Numbered from the stretch's first letter, positions 33,391 through 46,645 are shown. The stretch: 64,000 nt of DNA from Azolla caroliniana (GCA_043228905.1 JBHGNT010000014.1:4278001-4342000); one strand, 5' to 3'. Notes: generated from the letters alone by a model not told the origin. Translations and numbers: made by a program.

Positions 33391-34430
33391 CGATTTTCAT
33401 CAACAATACCCACATAAGACAGCCGCGAGTCTCTGGAGGCGGCCTTAGGGGGAGGATAATGTTATAGACACGATGGAATGTAGGGGGTTGAACCCATGAC
33501 GTCTTGGTCTTATTGGGCAACCTTTTCAATTGAGCTACATTCCATCTATGCATTATTGTATTGTATAAGTTTCAACTTATTACATTGTATGTTAATCACT
33601 AGAACTTTCAAGAAACTTCTAGAGAATGCATAGACATGCACTCTCTAGAAGTTTCCATGCATTCTCTAGATGTTTCCTAGCTTACATGCATACCACCACA
33701 TTCTTGTATAAATACTTCGGTGCACATTGATTACAATCAAGGTGAACAACACCAGTTACGGAAGCATAATTTAGTTCTCACTCTTTTGTCTACCCACTCT
33801 CTCTCTTGTTCTCTTGTCTATGCTCCTTTCTATCTATATATCTATCTTTCTCTCTTTGTTAATATTGAGCTCACCTACTTGTCCTTGCCCTCTTCTACAT
33901 CCGTGACAATAGCCGTTTGTCAGATGAAGGAGAACTCGAGGTCGTTGCCTCCGAGTTCCGTATTTGTACTTCCTCTCTACTATAGTGATATGTTTTCTCG
34001 GGGTTTGTGGACCCCCGTGGTTTTTTCCCATTTCGGGTTTTCCACGTAAAATATCGGTGTCTTTGTGTCTTCACGTTTTTCTGTCTGTGTACTAGTTCCT
34101 CGTTTTTGCACATGAACACGAACGTGTAACCAGTTGTTGCCAGTCGATTCCTAGCAAAGTGGTATCAGAGCGATGGAAAACTCGTTCGGCGGCAAGTTTA
34201 AGCTAACCGATGCCAACTACTTAGTGTGGAAGTCAAAGATGAGAGATATACTCGTGTGCAAAGACCTTTGGTTGCTAGTGCAGTTCGGAGATAGAAGACC
34301 AAAAAAGATCGATGCAGCGACTTTGGAAGTGTTGCATCTGAAGGCGGCCGCATATATAAGGTGTTTTATAGACATGAGTCTATACAACAACTTCCACGAA
34401 GAAACAGAAGAAGATGTTCTATGGAAGAAG

Positions 34431-36529
34431 TGTTATAGGTTTTAGGGTTAGTGTTAACATTTATGATAATCATGACAATTGATGATAAAGATAGACATGG
34501 TGGGTGTGATGACGATGGAGAGTATGATGGTGAGAGAGATCATGACGATGTTGACAAGGCATTGAGAAGCATTGTGGGGTGGGGGGTGGTGCCTAGAATG
34601 GCTCCACCCCCCTGCCAAGGGGGTTCAACATTAAGGGGAGAGAGAGGAAGAGAGATGACAAAGAGAGAGAGACAGAGAAAATGATTATTCATGTTTCATT
34701 CATTCCCCATAAGGGGTTAAATAGTACAAGAGGGGGTAGTTACATAGGGGTGCAAGCCCCCTCGAGCATTCATACATAGGTTGTTTTTGGTCGTTTCTCC
34801 GGCCGTCTTTGCTCTGGTTGACGATCCGTCGCCGTCCGTCAATCCGGTCATTTCCGGCCTCATTGCCCTACCGCTATAGCCGTCATTTGTTTCCGTTGCC
34901 TGTCCATTTCAATCATTTTTGTCCCCAGCTTCGTTGTCATCTCCGTCTCCATCTCTTTGCCTTGTCCAGTAGTCATCATCATCGTTCATCTTTCGTTGCC
35001 ATCCATCACTGTCGGCCATCACCATTGCCATCTCTATTTGGCCCGTCCGGGCACCACCACTTCATCCGGCCGCCTATGCGCTGTCAAGCCTCTGTGCCGG
35101 TGCTTCGACGTTGTTTTTTGTCCCGTTCATTCAGGCCGGCTGCAACCGCTTCCCATTGTCGTTGTCTATCATTGTCCTTTTGTCGTGGTCGTCTTGTGTC
35201 TTTGTCTCCGTCTGGGTTTGCCAGTTGCCTCTGTCGTTGTCTGTCGACCGCCCATTTCGTCTGACCGTTTGTCTGATCTGGTCCGGTCCTCCGTCTTTCT
35301 AGCTGTGTCTGTCTGGTTGGCCATGTCCTTCCGGGACTTTTTCTCTAGTTCCGCCATTCTGCATTGCCCATGGTCTTTGTGTGGCATCTCTGTCGTAGTT
35401 GACATCCATGTCTCTGTTTGTCCAGTGGTCTTCTTCTCTGTTAAGTGTCTCCAACTGTGTCTTTCTAGTGTTGTTTGTTTCTCTGTTCGTTGATGTCCGG
35501 TTTGCGTTTGCATCTCTTCTCTGTCTTCTATGGTCCTTCGGTGTTAACCAACTCTGGTTCTTGTTCCAATTCCACTTCCGACTCTCTCTGTGTTGTTTCT
35601 TCTGGAACCATTGCCAGTGCATTCTCAGCACATCCTGCCGGTCTTCGCTCCACACACTACGACTTTCTCCATAGTCTCCTGGCGGGCTTCTCTTTCCGGT
35701 CGTGCTAGCACCGGTTCCCTCTACGTTGTTGTTTGTCCAGCCGTGCATCTTGCACCACACTTTTGGGAACACGCACATTGTCGCTAACCACTTTCGGAAA
35801 CACGCACATGGACACTAATTGCAACCTCGCACACACATTGTTGCCATTCATGCATTCCTCCATATACTTCCTCCAACATCTTCACCGTCATTTTCACGTT
35901 TCGCCATTTCTTGCACTTAGTTGCTATGGCTTGCACATCTGCGTATCATTCTTCGACTCCGTCTCCAAAGGGGGATCGCCTTAGTGGTCGCCAAAAGCTA
36001 TTATAGGTTTTAGGGTTAGGGTTAACATTTATGATAATCATGACGATTGATGATAAAGATAGACATGGTGAGTGTGATGACGATGGAGAGTATGATGGTG
36101 AGAGAGATCATGACGATGTTGACAAGGCATTGAGAAGCATTGTGGGGTGGGGGGTGGTGCCTAGAATGGCTCCACCCCCCTCCCAAGGGGGTTCAACGTT
36201 AAGGGGAGAGAGAGGAAGAGAGATGACAAAGAGAGAGGGAGAGAGAGAGAGAGAGAGAAAATGATTATTGATGTTTCATTCATTCCCCATAAGGGGTTAA
36301 ATAGTACAAGAGGGGGTAGATACATAGGGGTGCAAGCGCACTTGTGCATTCATACTGGACACTCACTCACACCTCCTCTTATCCATCCACATGCACACAC
36401 GTGTGCATGTGTTCACATACGTATAGACTCAGAATTACATTTATGCCCCCTACATATACACAACATCATGATAACATTCGACCCTCGCTCATCACACTTG
36501 ACTCTCCGTACATCTCATATGGGGTAACA
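34431..36529 (-). mobile_element. Small non-autonomous LTR element with a tRNA-Arg-type PBS
   Basis: LTRs at 34431-~34775 (truncated) and 35999-36529. Minus-strand PBS TGGCGACCAC at 35984-35993. The internal region is low-complexity with no recognisable domains. Confidence 0.75.
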
Positions 36530-39500
36530 TCGATTCCTAACAAAGTGGTATCAGAGCGATGGAAGACTCATTCGGTGGCATGTTTAAGCTAACTGATGCC
36601 AACTACTCAGTGTGGAAGCCAAAGATGAGAGATATACTCGTGTGCAAAGACCTTTGGTTGCCGATGCAGTTCGGAGATGGAAGACCAAAAAAGATTGATG
36701 CAGCGGCTGAAGAAGAAACAGAAGCAGATGTTCTATGGAAGAAGATCGACGTCATGTTTGAAAACAAGAACGCCATGAACCAAGTCTCAGTATTTCAAAA
36801 AATCGTGAGGCTCCAGTATGGCGGAGCACATCAATGCCTTCCAAGGATTGATGAACCAAACGAGCTCTCTGGAAGTACCTTTGGCTGACGAGGTATTAGC
36901 ATTGTTGTTGCTGGGATCCCTTCTGGTTGTCATGCTGGGCAACACGAGACCGGAAGGGAAACACCTATCCCTAGAGCAGGTGAAGTCGAGCTTGCTGAAT
37001 GAAGAAGCTCACCGGATGACTAAAAGTGCTTCTCATCCTACAGAGCCGGAGATCTCAGATATGTAAAGATGGGAAATGAAGGAGCATGCTGAATTGTCGG
37101 CACTGGAGATGTGTGCTTGGAAACATCAACTGGATGTATGACACGTTTCGGAGGTTCGATTGAACCTAATATCAGTCGGTCGGGTAGATGATGAAGGCTA
37201 CATGGGTAGCATCCGGAACGGTGTCATGAAGTTCTGCCAAGGAAGCTTGATCGTGGCTCGAGCTCAGAAGACCAACACACTGTACATAATGAATGCTCGG
37301 ATATGCTGAGGGGAAGCAAATGTGGCAGCCGACACGGTCGATGAACTGTGGCACAAGAGGCTATGCCATATGAGCCAAAAGTGGATGTGAAAGCTTGCCG
37401 AGGACAACCTCATTCCGGAGGTGAAGAATGTGCAACTTGAGAAGTGCACTAATTGCTTGGCTGGCAAGCAGAATCGAACATCCTTCTAAGCAAGGCCCCC
37501 GATGAGGAAGAAAATGCCACCGGAACTCGTGCATACGGACGTATGCTATGTGGACACGAAGTCGCATGGTGGTTCACAGCATAGTATGAACCATACGTAC
37601 CATACGTGCATTCGCATTCGTGAATGGTTCAATCATTCGAGAAAGAAAAACACCCTCAAAGAATGATAAATACCATACTTTTGGATTAACTATTTATTAT
37701 GAGGTAGATAAGCCTAAAAATGAAAACAAAAACAAAATAAAAACATTGAAAAAATGGGAAAAAAACAAAAAGAAACACAAGAATGTTTGGATAACATTCG
37801 CATTCATTTTCCAATGTAGGAAAACGAATGTTATACTAGACGAACACGAATTTTACCTCCTTGTGACCTTCATTGATGACTGTAGCCGGAAGTTGTGGGC
37901 TTTTGTGCTGAAGACGAAGGATCAAGTGTTATCCGTCTTCAAGAGTTCCAAACGAGGGTCGAGAGAGAAACAAGCCGAAAACTGAAGGCAGTCCAAGCGG
38001 ACAATGGCGGAGAGTATCGTGGACCATTCGAGCAATGTTTCCGAAATCAAGGAATCCGGCTCGAGTATACCATGCTGAAGATGCCATAGCTTAATGGGTT
38101 GGGCGAGAGAATGAACCAGACCGTAATGGAAAGGGTTCGAAGTATGCTTGCACATGCTAAGTTACCGAAGACGTTCTAGGCTGAGGCACTGATGACAACA
38201 ACGTACGTGATAAACCAATCACCCTCAGTACCCTTGGACAGTGATATCCCACAAAGGGTGTGGAGCGGCAAACATGTTTCGTACCGACATCTTAGGGTGT
38301 TCGACTAACTTGCCTATGTGCATGTTAGAAAAGACCAAAGGGGAAAACTAGACTCAAAATCTTGGCCAGGTATATTTCTCGGCTACAACAATGATGAATT
38401 TGGCTATCGGCTATGGGACTTAGCCGAGAAGAAAGTGTGATTAGGATCGGCGACATTGTCTTCCTGGAGGAAAAGACTATAGTCGACTGGGAGATTGAGA
38501 ATAAGTCTCCAACTACCGAATCGAATAGAGTCGACGCTTGGCCGAATCGAGTAGAAGCCGATTCGATCGATATCGAATCCGAGCTAGTCGCCTGATTTAA
38601 TACTCGGCAAAATCAAGAACTGACTGAAGAATGAGGGGAAACGGCCGAACAAGGAACCGAATTCATCTCAGCTGAAGAAATCGAAGAAGAACCAACCATG
38701 CCGAATGGAGGCCGAAGATACCCCTAAGAGAAAGGAGCCCCCCCCCCCCCCCCACATTGCTCGAGCCGGATTCCTTGAGTGTCATGCAAGAGCTAAGGAA
38801 GCTAAGGAAGATACCCACAACCAAAAGTGGTTGAGTGTCATGCAAGAGGAGATAGATTCCTTGCATGAGAACCACACATATGAATTGATCAAACTGCCAA
38901 GAGGAAAAAAGGCACTTCGGAATAAATGGGTATACAAGTTGAAACAAGGAGATGGCGGGAGTCCACCCTGGTACAAGGAACGAATCATCATGAAAGGATT
39001 TTAGCAAAAGAAGGGTGTCGATTTCGAAGAAATATTTGCCCCGCAGCCAACATGGATCTCGAAGTCGAGGAATTGGATGTCAACATGGTGTTTTTGTACG
39101 GTGATCTCGAAGAGGAGATCTAAATGCACCAGCACGAAGGATTTGTAGAGAAAGGTAAAGAGAACCTACTATGCCAATTAAGGAAGAGCCTTTATGGGTT
39201 GAAGCAAGCACCTCGGCAATGGTACCGAAAATTTGAATCCTTCATGACCGACAACGGGTACCATAAAATGCAGGCCAATCATGCGTATTTGTGAAGAAAT
39301 TCAACGGAGGAGATTTCCTAATCCTCTGTTGTACGTGGATGACATGTTGATTGTCGGACGGGACCATACGAAGATCTGAGTGCTGAAGAAACCTTTGAGC
39401 AGATTGTTCCCGATGAAGGATATGGGTCCCGCAAAGCAAATCATGGGGATGCACATTGTTCGGGATCAAACAAAGAAATTGTTGTGGCTGTCACAAGAAA

Positions 39501-40338
39501 AATACGTGACAAAGGTGCTCCAGAGATTCGGCATGGAAAGCACGAAACCGGGCGGCTCGACACTACCAACGAACTGCAACCTAAGCAAAGAACAATGTCT
39601 GAAATCGAAAACCGCAAAGGCCGAGATGTCAAAAGTGTGAGGAAATAACGCTCGACCACAACCGAGTCTTAAAACAATGAATAGAGGAGAACAAACTCAA
39701 ACAGAGATGACACAATATTTTTACGTGGTAAACCCTAATAGGGAAAAACCACGGCAGCCCACAGACTCCAAACTATCACTATATAAGAAAGGTACAATCA
39801 AATATCTTCGCTCGCTAGGCGGCGGTTACAACAAAGTATCGCTCTATATATGTCTCTCTCTACACAACAGTTATGCACATACAACAATATGACAACACAC
39901 ACTTCTGTGATTGCCCTAGGTCATATTTATAGTCATATGAACTTAGGCCTATTTACAAATATAGCCTCAATAGGCTTACTCAAAACATATTTACAAATAT
40001 GTCTTTTCTTCCGGTTCTCACCGGGTCCATCCGATCCGGTTTCCGGATCTCTTCCGGTTCTCACAGGATCCTCTTCATTAATAACCGGGTCCCATCCGAA
40101 GGGACCGAAATCCCAACAATCTCCCCCCTTCACTCCGGCATGGGATGTCTCATTAGCCCAATCCGCCTTCGGCACACATCTAGCTTGTCGGTTGTTAGCA
40201 CCTTGGTCAACATGTCCGACCCGTTCTCCTTCGTGTGGATCTTCGTCAGCACGAAGTCTTGATCTTCTACCTTCTCCCGAAGCTAGTGATATCTCCTTTG
40301 GATGCGCTTCGTCTGGGAATGATAGGCCACATTCTTCG

Positions 40339-43300
40339 TGTTGAGCGGCAAGCTCAACTGGATCCGGATCGGCATCCGAAAGGATGAGCCGGATCGGTGA
40401 GCCGGTGAGCGAGTGAGTTGGTGAGCTGGGGAGCTAGTTAGCCGAATCAAGCAGTAATCAGAAGCCTAGTAGTAGCCTAGACTACTAGGTAGCCTAGCTC
40501 AACTGGATCCGGATCGGCATCCGAAAGGATGAGCCGGATCGGTGATCCGGTGAGCGAGTGAGCTAGTGAGCTGGGGAGCCAGTTAGCCGGATCAAGCAGT
40601 AATCAGAAGCCTAATAGTAGCCTAGACTACTAGGTAGCCTAGCTCAACTGGATCCGGATCGGTCTCCGAAGGATGAGCCGGATCGGTGAGCCGGTGAGCG
40701 AGTGAGCTGGTGAGCTGGGGAGCCAGTTAGCCGGATCAAGCAATAATCAGAAGCCGGATCAAGGTAGTTAATGTCTCGTAGTTAGTGTTAGACACTCGTG
40801 TGAGCATTGAAGTACACTGTACTTTTGTCAGTCCTCTTAGGACTTGTATAAATAGTGTTGTTGAGCACGTTGTATGTAAAGAAAATTTTACAGTGTTGTT
40901 GAGAATAGATTTAACTTGTTCTGCTCTTTCTCTATCCCTCTTGCGTACCTTCTGTGTGTTAATCTATCTATCTCTCTCACTCTATTGCTATCCGGCTAAG
41001 CTAGTTTTCTAACACTTCCGCACCTACGTTTTTACATGGTATCAGAGCATGAGGGTTGAGAACCTTTGTAGCCGACATCAACATCTAAAGACAAACCCTA
41101 AGACCCGGTAAGAACAGAAAGAGAAGTGATGGACAGAGGAATGGCTAGCTCGCTCCCGATGGAGAAGCTCGACAGATCTAACTACACATCTTGGTCATAC
41201 AAGATGCAATAGTACCTGCTTGGGCATGGTTACTGGAGCTATGTCGACGGAGCAAACGATACAGCACCTGATGCGACACACAAGGACTTCCAAGTGTGGG
41301 AACAAGCAGCAAGCAGAGTGATGTACTGCTTTGCATCCAATGTCGGAGACCAGCTTCTGAGCCATGTCCGAGATGCCAAGATGTCAAAAGAAGCTTGGGG
41401 AAACCTGAAGAAGGTTTTCACGGCAAACACTACGGCCCGAAAGCTGCAACTCTGACAAGACTTGAGCAATGTCCGACAAAAGGACATGTTGGTAGCCAAT
41501 TACAAGGCCCGAATCAAAGAGATCTATGACTCACTTGCCTCTATCAATGTCACTGTAGAAGAAGATGACATTGTGCAGGTCTGTCTTGGGGGCCTAGCAT
41601 TTAAGTTCAGAGCGTTCCGAACGGCGGTATGTACAAGGGAGAATACGCCGTCATTTTTCAACTTATAGTCGATGCTCCTTCTAGAGGAGAACCACGCCAG
41701 TGCGTCAACAAGTGCACCCACCGACAGTCGGATGTTGTACACGGAGGCAGATCGGCCCCGTGGGTGTGGTGGACGAGGCGGGTCGGCTCGCAATGGTAGT
41801 GGCCGACAAGAGCAAAACCGAAGGCACAAAGAATGTGCCGACAGCAGTTCCGGACCTTGCACAAGCAGGGGGAGTCAAGGCGGCGCTAGAGGCCGGCAAG
41901 CAAATGCCAACATGGAATGCTAGTACTGTGGTAAAAAGGGCCACAGAGAAAGTGAGTGCTGGAAGAAGCGCGCCGATTCGGACAGATCCGGATCCGGCAA
42001 GGCTGGCAGAGAGAACTGACAATACTCGCACTACGCAGAAGGATCGAGAGGATCCAAAACCGGAAAAGTCGGTAAAGGGCCAGCCTTGGTGATGAAACAC
42101 GAGGCTAACTCGATGAAGAAGACCACTTCCAAATCGGAGGAAGTGTGGTACGTTGATTCCGATGCGTCTAATCACATGACGAGCCACAAAGAGTGGTTCT
42201 CTTTCTTGGAGAAACCGGAACAACCAGGAGTCATCAAAACTGGAGACGACACTCCTCACCCAATCATGCATGTCGGAGAAGTCCCTTTTGAGCCACGTCG
42301 GACAGAGGGGGAAGATGATGAACGTATCACACGTTCCGACTATCATGAAGAACTTGGTGTCAGTCGGTCAAATCATTGACCAAGGGATGCAGGTGCGGTT
42401 TACGCACCTTGGGTGCTTCATTGAGGAAGAGGGCCAGATTATTGCGCAAGGGCGCAGAGATGGGAGGATGTTCATCGTCGGCACCGCTTTGTTCGCTAAA
42501 GGACAGAAGATTGAATCAGATATTGATCTCTGGCATAAGCGGATCGGCCACGTCAATTACCGGAGGCTTCAAGACCTGCAAATGAAACAAGTTGTTTCTG
42601 GTTTGCCGAAGTTCAGTGGCCGGAAGGTCCAAATATGTGAAGCCTGCCAACTCAAGAAGCAACACCGGCTTCCATTCCCCACTGAGCGAAACCGTAGCCG
42701 TAACAAGCTCGACCTTATTCATTCGGATGTATGGTGACCGACATAGAACGTTAGTCTTGGCAGGAGTCGATACTTCGTCTCCTTCATTGACGACTACAGC
42801 CGGCACACATGGATCTACCTCATTGAAGAGCAAAGTCTTCTAGTGTTTCTGGAACCTACAAAGCTTGGTTGAATGGGAAATGGAGAGGAAGATCAAGTGC
42901 CTCTGGTCAGATGGCGGAAAAGAATATTTTTCCGGCCAATTCAACAGTTATCTGAAGCAAAATGTAATTCGGAGAGAATTCAACTGCAGGTACACACGAG
43001 AGCAAAACGGTGTGGCCGAAAGGAAAAACCGGTTGATTGTGGACACGGCAAGGGCAATACTGGAGGAGAAGAGCATGCCCCATTTCTACTGGGCTGAGGC
43101 GGTCCGGACGGCCATCTACATCCAAAACCGGATCGGTGACAAGGTGTCCGCGCATGAGTTGTATTTCGGGCACAAGCCGAATTTGAGACTCCTTCGGATA
43201 TTCGGTAGCATTGCATATGTGCATGTGCTGGATGAGAAGCGGAGGAAGCTAGATGCAAAGTCAAAGAAATGCATCCTGGTCGGTTACTCGCATGAGCAAA

Positions 43301-46300
43301 AGGGGTATAAGTGTTATAACCCCTAGACGAAGCAGGCCCGAGTTAGCCGGGATGTTGAGTTTGATGAGACAACATTATGGTATGCCTTACCGGATCCGAC
43401 TTCCGACCCCGACCCGATACCAGAGGATGCGGCTAGTGAGCCTAAACCGGTCTAGTTAGAAGACGAAGGGTTCGAGACTCTAGATGTGAGTCCGGAATTG
43501 TTTCGGTTGAGTGGGCCGAACGAGCGACTGGGTCACACAAACCAGTCGGAAGATGAACCAGTGAGTAGTGGAGACTCTACCGTGTTCCCCCCGTGCAAGG
43601 AACCGAGGAGACGGTTCACGCGCAAGGAGAAGGGGAAGAGGAAGATGTTGGAGCATGAGACCGGCAATGGTGAGTCGGATCGGAGTGGATCCGACTCTGA
43701 AAAAGAAGAAGGAGGATCTTCGGCAATGAAGACCGAACCAGCCAAGAAGGGCCTCAAACCGGGTAACGATGAGTTACACCGGTCTTCCAACTAGAAGAAC
43801 CCCGTGAAGCGGTACGGGTACAATGAGAACATGGTGCATCACTATGCATACATGACCAAGGTGGCGGAGGTGTGTGAGCCAGAGAGCTATGCAGAAGCGG
43901 CAAAGGACACAAATTGGCGTGCCACTCTGGAGGAAGAAATGCGGGCACTAGATGCCAATGACACATGGGACCTAGTTGACCCTCTCCGACACTGTAAACC
44001 GATCGGATGTAAGTGGGTGTACAAGTACAATGTCGACGGTTCGGTTAATCGGTGCAAGGCCCGGTTAGTGGCGAAGGGATACCGTAGACCCACGGACTCG
44101 ACTACGATGAGACCTTCGCTCTGGTAGTGAAGATGACGACAATTCGTGTGGTGCTGGCGGTTGTTGTGGCAAGGGGGTGGCATCTTCACCAGATGGACGT
44201 GAAGAATGCATTCTTCAAGGAGATCTTGAAGAAGCGGTCTTTATGACCCAACACCTCGGTTTCCAGTCGGAGATGGACAAGTCGGCGGTATGTCGGCTGA
44301 AGAAGTCACTTTATGGCCTGAAGCAAGCCCCCAGAGCTTGGAATACGAAGATCACGCACCGATTGCGTAAGATGGGGTTTGCGGCCTCCAAGTCCGACTC
44401 TTCGTTGTTCATCTGGCAAGGTCCAGACGGTCCGGTTTGCATCTTGTTGTATGTTGATGATCTAGTCATCATCAGACCCGGATCAATGAAATTAGCCAAG
44501 TCAAGTCCCAACTATCAGACACATTTGAGATGAAAAACTTGGGGGACCTTCACTATTTCCTTGGAATCAAGGTGATCCAAACCCCCAACGGCATATTGCT
44601 CTCACAAAGACACTATGTGTTGAATATGTTGTATAAGTTCGGCATGATGGAATGCCCACCAATCTCCACACCCCTGGACCGGAACCAAAAGCTCCGTCCC
44701 AACTCCGGACCGGCCTGCGATGAGAAGCAGTTCCAACAAATCACTCGACCGACATCAGTTATCCGGTCAATGTGATCAGCCAATATATGTAGAAGCCAAT
44801 ATATGTAGATGCCGACCATGGAGCACCTTCTGTGTGCGCATCAAATTTTGTGATATGTGAGGAGCACGAAGGACCGGGGACTATTATATCATTGTATACC
44901 CAAAGAGCTAGTTGGCTACACCAATGCCGACTGGGCCGGCGATGCATCGGATCGCTGATCCAGCTTCGGCTATATGTTTTCCCTTGGTAGCACGGCTGTT
45001 GCGTGGAGCAACAAAAAGTAGCCAACAGTGGCCCTTTCAAGCACTAAGGCTGAATACCGGGGCGCTACCGTTGCCACCTGTGAAGCCATTTGGCTTTGGC
45101 GACTGTTGCAAGACCTGCGGATCAAGGTGCCGACCCCGATCCTGATCTACTGCGACAACATAAGCAGCATGCAGCTCACCAAGAACCCCATATTCCATGC
45201 TTACACAAAGCACATAGAAGTGCACTACCACTTCGTGTGTGAGCGTTTCCTAAGCGGTGAAGTCAAACTTCGGTATGTTCATACGGATCGGCAAGTTGCC
45301 AACATCTTCACCAAACCGCTCGGATCGAACAAGTTGCAGGACTTCACCGAAATGCTTGGTGTTCAGCATCTCGACATGCCACACTTGAGGGGGAGAACGG
45401 GCATGGGCAAAGACACCGGGATGGGCAAAGGCAAAGAAATTGTCGATTGCGCCGGTGAGGGAAGAACTGACAAAGGGAGATACAAGAAGAAGAAAGGAGT
45501 CGAGTCGACAAAGGAAGTTGAGACATCCGAACATGTCGGAATAAGCGGAATCGGCGGTAGAGTCAAGAAATACAAAGCCGACCGGAAGAAGAAGGCACCC
45601 AGACATGGTCCGATGTGGTGAAGGGCCTAGAGCTAGAAGACGAATCGGGAGCGACCGATTAGGACAAGAGCTGGAATGAATCGGAGACAGCCGATTCAGT
45701 TCAACAGACGGATTCGGAAGAATCGGATCAATTCAAGGCCAAGAGGACGAGAAGGTAGCGAAAGTCAATGCCAACACGAAGGAATCGGCGAATCGGCAAG
45801 CACCAAAGTCACAACAGCGAGGAAGCTGAATTGGGCCTGTTGAGCAGACGAGCTGACCAAGGAGGTCGAGGTGCGCAAAATCAGAAGGGTCATGGCAAAC
45901 GGGACCGGACCAGACGAGGAGCGCGAGTGAGGCAGAGTGAGGCCAAAAGGAGTCGGGTGGAAGGACCTGCTGCCATGGAGACTAACACTACGATCCGACC
46001 TCAACCGGATCCGGATCGGCTGAATAAGCCTGAACCGGTGAGTGAGTGAGCCGGTGAGCTGGGGAGCCGGTTAGTCGGATCAAGCAGTAACCGGAAGCCT
46101 AGTAGTAGCCTAGACTACTAGGTAGTTAATGTCTCGTAGTTAGTGTTAGACGCTCGTGTGAGCATTGAAGTACACTGTACTTCTGTCAGTCCTCTTAGTA
46201 CTTGTATAAATAGTCTTGTTAAGCACGTTGTATGTACAAAGAATTTTACAGTGTTGTTGAGAATAGATTTAACTTGTTCTGCTCTTTCTTTGTCCATCCT

Positions 46301-46387
46301 ACGTACCTTCTGTGTGTTAATCTATCTCTCTCTCTCTCTCTGTTGCTATCCGGCGTTGTCTAACACTTCCACACATTCGTTTTTACA
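40339..46387 (+). mobile_element. Near full-length decayed Ty1/Copia
   Basis: Perfect TSD CTTCG, 5' LTR 40339-41036, PBS 41037-41048, fragmented gag-pol 41129-45621, and 3' LTR ~46000-46387 lacking its 5' terminus. Confidence 0.93.
40351..40765 (+). repeat. Tandem array of about three 145-bp units in U3 of the 5' LTR
   Basis: AGCTCAACTGGATCCGGATCGG recurs at 40351, 40496 and 40641. Confidence 0.92.
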
Positions 46388-46645
46388 CTTCGCAAGGTGG
46401 ATGACACTTTGACTATCGTAGTAGAGCCAGTATTCCTCCTATCGGATCCCTAGCTCTCAAATGCAATCCTTCATCCAGATTACTTCCTTGCCGGCTTCCA
46501 CAACTGCCATCTACTCTGCTTCCGTTGTCGATAGTGCCATGGACTTCTACAGCCTCGACTACCATGATACGGCTCCCCCTGCATAAGTCATGACATATCC
46601 GGATGTAGACCGGTTGGTATCCGCATCAACTGACATATACGAATC

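Larger units (their letters stand above)
32732..33908 (+). mobile_element. Rearranged chromovirus (Tcn1-like Gypsy) relic: partial LTR, inverted LTR end, chromodomain, PPT, full LTR
   Basis: 32732-33022 matches the first part of LTR 33460-33908, and 33023-~33140 is the reverse complement of that LTR's 3' end. PPT AGGGGGAGGATAA is at 33447-33459. Confidence 0.82.
22354..34156 (+). repeat. 5' LTR of a Tnt1/Tork-like Copia, split into three pieces (22354-22662, 32692-32731, 33909-34156)
   Basis: The pieces align in order with the reverse complement of solo LTR 17105-17671. PBS TGGTATCAGAGC follows at 34160-34171 and the gag ATG at 34173. Confidence 0.75.

Noticed and set aside
34809-35984. Several overlapping 100-180 aa ORFs
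   Set aside because: They arise from strand-biased low-complexity sequence with few stops, and show no motifs or consistent frame.
37580-37855. Helitron or MITE call for the insert
   Set aside because: I see no 5'-TC/CTRR-3' ends at an AT site, no subterminal hairpin and no terminal inverted repeats.
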